Shown here: in pieces, positions 1 to 10,700 of the stretch
Numbering within the stretch: the stretch's first letter is position 1
Layout: the number at the start of each line of letters is the position of its first letter
Assembly: GCF_964355755.1 (NCBI RefSeq)
Contig: NC_092677.1
Coordinates: forward strand, 18,808,101 to 18,872,100
DNA: 64,000 bases
Source: Antedon mediterranea
Taxonomy: Eukaryota > Animalia > Echinodermata
Direction: 5' to 3'
Translations under genes and position numbers: made by a program
Notes under the pieces: model-generated
Seen by the model: the letters and a program-made list of their open reading frames with translations, nothing else
What the model was told of the DNA's origin: nothing
Database searches by the model: none

Positions 1-795
1 CCTGACCCGGAAAGAGGTACAAGAAAGAGAAAATTGAACCTGAATTCTTGGGTAAAAAATGTCAGGAAACAGGCCATGCATATACTGACACAAGAGGACG
101 ACAAAAACCGGCAAAGAGTCCACAGCCAGTGAATTGTGCAAACTTTGCAGAGATAGACAGGTTGGTCATATGCAATGAATATTGGCAGTTAGGTGACTAT
201 ACACTTCAGAAGGATGGTGTCCAAAACACACATTCATCAGCCATCAACGACTCAAAAACGCCACAAATGATGGTGAACAAACTTGTTCACTTATTTTAAA
301 AAAAACGGGTTTGATGCTGGAAATATGCCAAAGAAATCTTTTGTCAAACTCGACAGTTTGAGGAAATATGGTGCAGAAAGGTCCTCCTTCCAACTTGCAA
401 AGGCTGCCAGGAAGTGAAAGAACATTAAATGGTGGACCCGATACCTTGGGTAAAAAACGTCAGGAAACAGGCACGCACCAAAGGACATGCATATACTGAC
501 ACAGGACGACGACAAAACCCGGCAAAGAGTCCACAGCCAGTGAATTGTGCAAACTTTGCAGAGATAGACAGGTTGGTCATATGCAATGAATATTGGCAGC
601 TAGGTGACTATACACTTCAGAAAGATTCTTGTCAAACATATAATGTAATTTGGAACAGGTGTCCAAAACACACATTCATCAGCCATCAACGACTCTGTTG
701 CAGATGCCACAAATGATGGTGAACAGACTTGTTCTCTTATTTTAAAAAATGGGGTTTGATGCTGGAAATATGCCAAAGAAATCTTTGGCAAACTT
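1..795 (+). pseudogene. Tandemly duplicated degenerate DNA-transposase N-terminal fragment (Sola1-like)
   Basis: Two diverged copies (~47-350 and ~446-795). They translate to W.KNVRKQAR.KG..Y.D..G..KPAK...C...DR..I...YW.LGDY..QK, which resembles the basic/Cys N-terminus I recall from Sola1-type transposases. Frameshifts and stops are present. The family call is from memory. Confidence 0.45.
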
Positions 796-1194
796 ATTGA
801 TTATAGTTTCCAGCTCTAATAAATAATTATAATCATGCGTGAAATTTAAACATTATTTTCTCAAATACCAATTTTGAATAATTTCTTGGGTATTTATTAT
901 CAAAATTTAAAAAAAATTGTATCTTGAATCAGTTGGCTTTCTCAAATAAATAAACAAAAATATATAAGTAAACATCCAATTGTTACAAAATGTTTCCAAC
1001 TTGTTTGTCTAAATACATAGAACATGCATAGATAGGCTCAAACTATGGTAAAGTTTAAAAGAACATCAAACCCCCCTCGCCACATTTCTTTTTCTAGGCA
1101 AAGATTTAGGATCAATCAGGTCTGTCTCCTATGGACTGGCAAATGAGGCCAGCAAGCCAGAAACATGACATAAATGCTTGTGTGCACTTTAATT

Positions 1195-1400
1195 TAGAAC
1201 CTAGTAGATTTTGTGAGATGAGTAGGGGCTTACCCCTGCTGTACAAATTCACACACACAGGCACTGTGGTGAACAGATAAGAGAGCTTCTGAATTAGTAA
1301 TTACAACTGAAAGCATGTACAGTAGTGAAAAGTGTAGCATCTGTAAAGGGCCTCATGGATGTCAGTCTATGCTGTTTCGATTTACCCTTGTTAAATTAAT
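1195..1400 (+). mobile_element. Degenerate SINE 3' half
   Basis: The agtaggggcttacccc...gggcctc...cagtc...ttaccc motifs parallel the 3' half of the SINE at 30346-30657. Confidence 0.35.
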
Positions 1401-1540
1401 CAAAATTATTATAACAAATAAATATTGAATTCAAATGATGTTTATGCAAGACAACAATGATGGTATTTGGAAGATTTTTTCTGAAGATCAGATAAAATGT
1501 TAGAATAGGTGTACATTAAAGACAAACCAAAATGCTAAAT

Positions 1541-1713
1541 AATAAGTTTTATAGCAAATAGCGTGCGCGACGCATGGTGGGAAGGATTTGGGAGTTAACG
1601 TCACAACGCGTACCTACGTGATTTGTTGTTTGTACGTACTCCCAAACCCTTCCCATCATGCATTGTGCAATGACGTACTTCGCGAAACCAAGCTATTTGC
1701 GATAAACTTTATG
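1541..1713. mobile_element. Fold-back MITE with 7-bp TSD
   Basis: Nested inverted repeats (aagttttatagcaaatagc/gctatttgcgataaactt; atggtgggaaggatttgggagt/actcccaaacccttcccatcat). GCTAAAT lies on both sides. Confidence 0.75.
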
Positions 1714-2690
1714 GCTAAATAACATTTTAAAACTAAATTTGCATAAATCACATAAATACATATAAACAAAACAAAATTATATTAATAGTTTGATACATTG
1801 AGTTTAAATGAAGGTGTTAAATTTCATTAATTAATGGGCAACAAATATACACACAATCATGTCCACATCAATGGCATTAACATCTCTTCCCATTACTGTA
1901 CTATTTTCATGATCTGTTCAGGTTTATTTTAATTACACGAGCTATACCACAAAATGAAGGACAGAACAATATAAAGAATAAAACAAAAAAGTACATTATC
2001 AACTTTTAAGGAATTCAGTTTCTTGAATATGTAGTTTGTAATTTAACAAAACCGTCAAAAATGGCAGAGACCACAGAGAAATGTAAATGAGGAAGATGTC
2101 GTACTTGCACTGCTTGACAACATTACCTCGAAACATGTGACTGATGGTAAGAGTAGTAGAAGTAATTGGATCTGTAAGATTGTGTCTTGTAAAAATGAAG
2201 TCATCCACGTTGGACCGTCCCATAGCTAAAGAGGCAGAAGAGAAAGGATGAAATGATTTATTGGACACAAAATAAAAATTGAATTATTAACTTTATCTTT
2301 AGTCGATTATTAGTATATTTTAATGTTATAGCTAATCGGAATGAACAGTGACCCATGTGACTTATTATGGAAACTATTGAATAATTGTAGATATAAATTC
2401 ATAAAAAAATGTTGTCTATCTGATGTCATGACATCCTTATATGGCCAGTTGAATTCAAAATGTCAGATTTTCATCTCTTTCATAAAAGTTCATCATGTTT
2501 AAAAGAGAGAACATCTTACTTTTACGTGCCCAAAATTGGTGTAACCGTGTACTCTGTAAATACTGTACGACACAATTCATCACTGCAAACATTTACTTCA
2601 TGTCATAGAATGGCATAATCATTTTCAGCCTTCATATTTTAACGTATAAATTTTGCGTTTGCGCGGATAATACGAACTCGTCATAATGAC

Positions 2691-4337
2691 CAGGGTTCGT
2701 ACACCTGTGAGCTAGTAAAATTCCAGGACATTTCAAGGACATTCAATGTCAATATTTTAAATTTTCAAAGACATATACCTAAATATTAAGTTCAACAGAT
2801 TAATAAAAAAAATGTTTAGGATTGAAGAATTTCGTAGTTACGATGTTTTTCAGAAATTCAAGTACTGTAGCCACTAAAAAACATACAGTACTGAAAACAT
2901 AGGCGTGGAAAATCGAGTAACATGACACGTAACAGTAAAAGCCTTTGTGGAACCGCGCCAGACTTCCTCCTGTCGAGGAGGGTAGTCACGGCGCGTGCCG
3001 TCACTAGCGGTATTGAACAAAAGCTGCCATTTCCATAGTCACCGCACTGTCGACGATATTTGGTAATTTGATACTATAGGATGATGAGTATAAATGAAAG
3101 AAATCAAACCATATTCTAATTCACTCTGAACTTTATTCAAAACGATTATACCCTTTACAAAAAGCCGTATACGAACATATACGATGTTTTGTTTATGTTT
3201 CGTATAGGACGTCCACTTCGTATACGAAACGTATACGTCAATTCCGAAGTTCCTGTCCGCATAATCAGCATATACAAACCGTATACGACAGCGTATTTGA
3301 TCATTTATAAACAATAAACAACTGCTGCATCCTGATATACTAGAACGAACGCGAAAAGGGACTGTCCCACTTTTTGCAAACAGCACATGACGATAGCGTA
3401 CGTTGGTAGCTAAACTTTGTTACTTGAATTTTACGGTTTTATATAATATTCAGTTTACTATACTTTATTGTTTATTTTGTAAATATTTAATAATGTATGA
3501 AGGTAATTTGCAAATTTGTCCCAAATAGTTTATGTAATAAATTAATAGCACAACAGGGATTGTGAAACTGTCGATACGGCAATGGAATTCGACTAGAGAG
3601 TGAAGCACACGTTGTAAAGCCCGGGCGTAAGTCGAGCGTTGTTTAATTTTTGTCAACAAAATCGCCGCTGAGCGAGCTAGCTACTAGACTGTTGATGATG
3701 AAATTTGTTTAATTAATCCGATTTGCCAAACCGTTTTTCCGATTTTTTGAAATTCTATTTTGTGGATTTTTTCCCTTACACCAGAGAGGTACGTGTACGT
3801 CAAATGGCATTGTTTTTCGCATGAACACGCGTGGCAATTTTTTACCAGAGGGGTGCTTGTACGTAAATGGAATTGTTTTTTTCAATTCGCGCCACCGCGG
3901 CGACTCGCATCATACACGTACACACGTTGTCATTTCTTACAAGGAGGGTGTGTGTACGTCAAATGGAATGTCCACAACAATCGTTTGGCTCGCATGAATG
4001 GTAATTTTCTAAAGTGGTGCGGTGTACGTCAATTGGAATTGTTTTTTCCAACAACCAACCCTGATAAGAAAGCCTATTTCATGTACGAGTATTTATCGGC
4101 GGCGGGAACTGTCGGCACGTACAAACGTTGCTATCTTCCATGTACTTTCATACTTAATACTTTTATTGTTCAGTATTTTCAAAACTTTATTAAAAGAATT
4201 CATATAACTTTATTGTATTTTAACAATTTTCAGGACATTCAAGGACAATTGCCAATTTCAAGGACTTTCCAGTACTTGAAAAAAGTGATTTATTTTTCCA
4301 TGACTTTCAAGGAATTTAAGGACGCGTACGAACTCTG
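2691..4337. mobile_element. Non-autonomous hAT-like DNA transposon
   Basis: TIR cagggttcgtacac / gcgtacgaactctg, with repeated subterminal (t)caaggac/caggac motifs at both ends. Flanks aatgac/agtgac form an imperfect 6-bp TSD. Confidence 0.8.
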
Positions 4338-4464
4338 AGTGACGAGTTCAAATCTAGTTTATTCTTAACCTTGAACAGTTTTTTCAGAATCAGTTCTAAT
4401 CAATATAATTCAATTTTTCACAGTATATTTTCTATGTCCAAGAATCACTTACTATGTGCATCTA

Positions 4465-5633
4465 CAGGGTTGTAGCTAAGAATTGTTGAGGGTGGAAAAA
4501 AAAATTGTGAGGGTGGTTTTTTATTAAGCTTGCGAGCGAAGCGAGGAACTTAGGCTGGGGGCCAGGGGGCCGCCAAGGGCCCCCGGTCGGGGTTCAGAGG
4601 CCGAAGGGCCCTGAAAAAATTTGCTATATTGACCTTTATAAGACTCATTTTAATGATGGTTTATATGTGTAATTTTTTACATTTTTTTTTATTAATAATA
4701 TTATCATTGTTCAGGTGAATGATTTTAATAAAGCAAAACATTACTTTTACCATGGACGTAATTATACGTACCTCCCGGTTTATTACCTCCATGCTTTGAC
4801 AGTGTAAGTGTAGGCCTACCATTTGGACCTAAACATAACTGCCTTTGTGGTTACCTTGCCCCTGAAGAACGCCTAGGCCTAGCTAGCTTGCATGAATTAA
4901 ATAAATTTGTTCGATTTAGCCGAGAATATTTTTTCAAGATAAAAACCTCTTATTGATATTCATGCCGCACAACAACCACGTAGAAAAACATCACGATGTA
5001 CTTACATGAACGAACGTACATTTCGCCAGGTCTGCGGCCTGGGCGATGAATGATCTAGGCTATCATCCGAGCCATACTACAGTATACTCGCGCTAATGAT
5101 GTAATTCACAAAATAAAAAATAATAACAGTACAAGATATATAGTATGTTTGTATGTTTCAATTCAATGTTTTTTTAATAAATACACGTAGTCGGGAAGTT
5201 ACTCCACAAAGCAGTCGGCGTGGAACGGTTGATTAGCCTACAGTTTAATTCGCCGGTTTTTTTAAATATTCTCCATGATTCATTCATACAGAGGAGATAA
5301 GAAAATCGCGCACAGCATGCAAAGCTAGCAAGCTGCATGCTAGGTTGTGATGTTCACTCAAGTGGAACTTGAGCGTACCGTCCAATCAGCATTAAGTACA
5401 TGACAGTTCTGCTTGGTTGATTTTCAAAGCTGTGTGTTTTGTGCTAGGCTAGCTGCATTGTGCGATGTGAGCTAGAATATGCCCGATATTTCGCGAAAAA
5501 AAAAGGAATTTAGGGTGGGCGGACAGGTACGTCTGACGCTGGGCGGAAGGCCTTAAAATTAGCTTTAGACTGGGCGGGAGGCTTTTAGGCAGGGCGGCCC
5601 CGCCCGGCTCCGCCCTCCACAATTACATCCCTG
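4465..5633. mobile_element. Non-autonomous hAT-like DNA transposon
   Basis: TIR cagggttgtagct / aattacatccctg, TSD CATCTA, and a GC-rich subterminal block (gcgagcgaagcgag, ggggccagggggccgccaagggccccc). Confidence 0.75.
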
Positions 5634-5781
5634 CATCTAATCTTCACAACCCTTTACCAATATATCAGTGCTCATAAATTTCATGCAAGATTGACAATTT
5701 TCACATGATACATAACGTGCACTTACAAGTTTTAAAAAGGATTTCTAAAATGTCTGCGCACAAATTTTAGACACATGAAAT

Positions 5782-7590
5782 CGTCACTCGTCACACGAAC
5801 CGGCGAATCCGCAAAATGTCCATTTCGAGAAAATCGCGATTGTAAAAAAGGCACTTTTTGCACGGTCATTTCTCGCAAGAAAAAAAGCGAATGTCCATTA
5901 TTTTTGTGGTAATTATGTAAAAATATATCAAATGAATATTTTTAAAGTGTCCATAAAAAAATATACTCATTAATTAAAGAGTAATCACTTAATTAATACA
6001 TTCGTCACTTCGTGTGAAGATTATTTACCGCGTATCGCGTAACTAAGCGATATTCGACGCATATTCGTCACTTCGTGTGAACAAGAATCTTACGCAATGA
6101 CTATGAAATATGCGGTATTCGCCGTGATTGCGTGGTAATGAATAGGCAGTCCCACCAGGGAAGAGTTAACTCTTCCCTGGTCCCACATAAACATCTTAGA
6201 TAGGGCCCTAATGATAATAATATAAAGTAAACAAATTATTCTGTTAAAATTGCAAAAGAACAATCACAAATCAGTTGCAAAATATAATTTATAGTAGCCA
6301 CAAACATCATTTTAGCTATTGTAAATAATGGAAAAACGGAAACATGGTTCATTTAATTAAATTTAATTATTAATTTATACATTATTTGATCTCTACATAA
6401 GGCAAGGCAATGTTAGATAGTTAGAATAAACGTTTTTAATTCAATATTCCCTTAGTAGGCCCAACGGGAACAGTTAAAAAATTATTTAGACAGTCCATTG
6501 TACAATATGACTTTTTCAGCATATTAGGCCTACAATCATTTAGCCATTTATGGCCAATATAGTATTTATTAAATAACATTAAATGTGTTATTTGCCTTTT
6601 CTAATATCCGTATTAAAAGGCTAATTTAAATTATTTACTAATTTAATGTGATACCGTAGCAATGTGGTCTTATTGTAGGCATATCACAGGATAATGTGCA
6701 GACTACCCTATATAGTATACGATAGTATTTAGTATAGCCATGCCCCCAAAGATATTTGGTGACTCACTGATTATAATAATTATACTGTAACTAGGCCTAT
6801 CTAATTTAAAAAGCAAAAACAAAAAATATAAATACTCTAACATCAAAATGTATGAATTGTTTAATAAAAATGTGTATACAGAAATGAAAGTTATTATCCT
6901 TAGTAGCATTACCAATTAACAATAGAGGTGAAATTTGATGTTTCTTTTTAATAATCAGGTTATTTATTCTCTAAAAAATTAAATATTTCAAAATACTTAA
7001 GACTATAACATTGATGTAGGCCTAATCGTTACCGTACCGTTTCGGGTATGTGTTGTCAGTGCCATAATTTTAATGTAATGTTTTGCTAGTGCTCGAGTGA
7101 ACATACGAAAGATCAAACATCGAAACGTTGCATTACATTTCCTGAAATAAATGATTTATCAATAACCACAAAAATCAGTTTTTACTGGGTAAAATACTGT
7201 TCAATATTCTTTAATCTATGCTCAATCTAACTTCGCGGGACTGAAAATTGGCCATCAAATAATGGAATGTTCCAGATATGCAATAAACCAATCAGATCAC
7301 ATGCAATTAGTGACGAATTGCATATTCGCCGTTTATTCAGGCGCGTAAACAGTGTGCGTGATGCGCGTTTTACTCACACGAAGTGACGAATCGATATTCG
7401 ACGCTTCGTGTGACGAATGATTATAATATCACAATATATTCGCCAAATTATAATTTAAATAATTAATTATTGAAATAAGATACGCAGTTGATATTTGCAT
7501 CAGTTGTTCTTTAGAATAAATACTTTCGAAATATACAAAAAAAAATTTCGCGCCAAAATGACGATTCGCCGGTTCGTGTGACGAGTGACG
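5782..7590. mobile_element. Sola1-like non-autonomous DNA transposon
   Basis: Perfect 28-bp TIR cgtcactcgtcacacgaaccggcgaatc. 4-bp TSD AAAT matches the AWWT target of Sola1. Internal subterminal repeats ttcgtcacttcgtgtga. Confidence 0.85.
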
Positions 7591-7629
7591 AAATAATGGC
7601 ATGTAGTATTGTTACAGTACTTACTACAT

Positions 7630-7788
7630 TCATTTATCTTTTTTTTGCAATTCTTCTATATTCTCTTCTTCATTTGACACTTTTCCAGAACCATTCTGCA
7701 TTAAGATGAGACCAGTAATTATCAACATTGAACCTATCCACCATTTTATACCAAGTGGCTCTCCAAACAATAAATGTCCAATAAATGC
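7630..7788 (-). CDS. TMEM42: TMEM42 exon 3
   Basis: Acceptor tttgcag|GCA; reads AFIGHLLFGEPLGIKWWIGSMLIITGLILMQ...KDK*. Confidence 0.9.
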   Translation of the reverse strand, partial: AFIGHLLFGEPLGIKWWIGSMLIITGLILMQNGSGKVSNEEENIEELQKKDK

Positions 7789-10700
7789 CTGCAAAGTGCA
7801 ATAGTTAAATTACAGAGTAGAATGTTATTTTAACAGTTCTTACATTTTGTTTGTTCATCATGTACAGCAATACATACAATTATTTTGTACAATAGGAAAT
7901 ATTAAAAAAACAATGCATTTTTCTACAAATAATTTTGTTTTTTTATTTAAAAATAATAAAATTTGATAATTATTCATGTTGCATTCATTTTTGGATAAAC
8001 TATTTTTTGTGCAATAATGTAAACCATAATAATTCAATCTTTTTGCTGTGGTTATGTGTTTTCCCAATTTACATGAGAAGCACTGCTGTACTGTAGGTAT
8101 AAAGAAATAATTTTATAAAATAATAACAAAATAATGTTGATAAATTACAGTATTGATTTAACATTAGAAATTGAATAGGCCTACAGCAGTTTTGCTAAAA
8201 TTTATCAAAATTATGGTACAGTATTGGTCCAAAACATGTAAAATGGAATTTAATGTGGGGAAGTGCTCATTTTTTATCTGATTTGATATAACAACCCACA
8301 CTACAATAATGAATGGTGAAACACTAAAGAACACATACAAAAAAGAACTTGGGAGTGTGGATCCAATTGGACTTGGGAGCAATGTGCTACAGCAGTTTAA
8401 AAAAAAACCAGACACTTGGAATGAATTTCTTTGACCTCGGCCGCTGCACAGATGGTCAACTACCTGCAGGTCACTGTTCAGTGCAGTGGACCTCTTTTAT
8501 GTAATGAATGAATGATTTGAATTGGCATGCACCAGATCACTAGCATAAGAATTGATTGTACTCAATGTTTTATTCATTCATTCAATAGAGATACAGTACT
8601 TTGCATACATCCAACTTACAGAAAAGAAAAAATTAGATGCACTGTTTGTAACAGTTGCCTGTACAGATGATCTTGAAAGTTGTAAAGATTTTACAAACAG
8701 TGTCCACATCAATGCATTGAAGAGAAAGATTCCAAAAAATGACAAAGCTTGTAAGTAAAAGGAAATCTGAAAAAAATTAATAGATTGGATTTAACATTGT
8801 TATTTGAAATGTTCTTAGAAATGTTGAAGGTAAACTTGTTGTAGATGACCAAGATAAAGCCGAGTCTTTTAATTCTTTTTTTAGCAGTGTCTTTTGTAAG
8901 GAGAACTTATCGAATGTTCCGAATCTTGATAAAAAGATTGAGGCTTCTTTGTCAGATATTGAGTTTAATGTAGAAGATATTCATAATTAGACTTGCCCCA
9001 AGTCTGTATTATCTTTTTTTTTTATTTATTTGTTTTTATTTCGACCGCGATTTTTTTCTGAAAATACAGACTTGTGAAACACGTATAGAAATCGATTTGC
9101 AGACCGCAAACATCCAATAAGAATGACGTAGGTTATCATACCGTATTTGGCTATATGGGGCGGGCGGTATGTAAATATGGATTTCGAATCAACCAATGAT
9201 CATTTTGTTTCAAAATGAAAAAGATCGAGTACGTACAGTGCTGAATGTACGATCGAGACTGTTGAAATATAAAATCGTAATGCCAAGTTGTTTTGTTTAT
9301 TAATTGTTTAGTCCTTGGCCTGGCCTCTTTCGTAGGTCCTACTCAATTCGCACGTATGACCTGCCAAATAAAACGCCAATAAAGTAGGCCTAACATACCA
9401 CCACCGGCGGCACACAACAACAGGGCTACACCACCACACAGAACAGGACAGGGTCTGGGTGGGAATTAAATCAAAATTATCTCCACGCAATAAATGATCC
9501 ATTCAATGTTTGATTTGCGGAGAAGCTAGCCTATCACGAGTTTTCATGTTCTTGGGAAAAATCCCATCAAATGTTTGATTTGATTTGATTTGAATTTATT
9601 TGGAAAATCATCATAAAAAATACATACAAAGTGATAACATAAATTACGGACATTACAAATAATACATTTATAAAAGACTTTCCAGGATAGCCCAAAAAGC
9701 TTATCAGCTTATTTCCATTGGGATCCTTTTACAATCTAAAATAAAAAATATAAACATTACAAAGTATTGCATTAAACACGTAAATATTACAAAAACAATA
9801 ATATAAAAAACAAGTTAAATTAAAGATTATGATTGACTTATAAAATTATTTGGTAGAACAGAAATGTGATTTAACATTTTTCTTAAAATTAAATTTGTTT
9901 TCTATTTGTTGAATGGAATGAGGTAGGTTACCAGACTACTAGGCATATAAAATAATGTCTAGCCTTCAGAAACTTTCATAAATGTACCCAAGTAGGCCTA
10001 CACGTTGTCTAAACGTAACATAGCGCATGCGCATCATCTTAGTTGTTTTGAGTCTTTGAAATTCTGAAATATGAATATTAAAACGGTGTACGAGTGAGTA
10101 GCCAATCGCATGCAGCTGAAACTAGTCAACCGGATAATCGTATGCACCAAGAATTCTTGGTGTCAAACCACGTGACTTGTGCGTGTTTCCCCAGACGGAG
10201 TATCCAAAATCAAGTAGTATACGTATGAAACGCCATATGTGCCAAAATATTTATCTTTTTACTAATATTAAGACAAAACTCCGTCTGGAACCCAGACTAA
10301 TTCATAAGCTGTTGTCTAACTTAGTTATAGATAAGTCAGCTGGCCCTGATGGCTTTCACCCACGGGTTTTGATTGAATTAAAGGATCAAATTGCTTACCC
10401 TCTCAGTCTAATATTCACTAGATTATTCAATGATCAGAAGGTCCCTCTATCGTGGAAGGAGGCAATTGTAATACCTATATTTAAGAAAGGCAAAAAGGAG
10501 GACCCGGCTAACTACAGACCGGTTAGTTTAACGTCGGTCATAGGGAAAATGATAGTCTGGGCTCCAGACGGAGTTTTGTCTTAATATTAGTAAAAATATA
10601 AATATTTTTGCACATATGGCGTTTCATACGTGTATTACTTTAGTTTGGATACTCCGTCTGGGGAAACACGCATAAGTCACGTGGTTTGACACCAAGAATT

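Noticed and set aside
3760-4338. 192-aa ORF
   Set aside because: Lies in a non-autonomous element across repeated gtacgtcaaatgg motifs, has a non-ATG start and no recognisable domain.
10177-10584. Stand-alone 135-aa gene
   Set aside because: A chimera of MITE end and CR1 RT fragment between two insertions.
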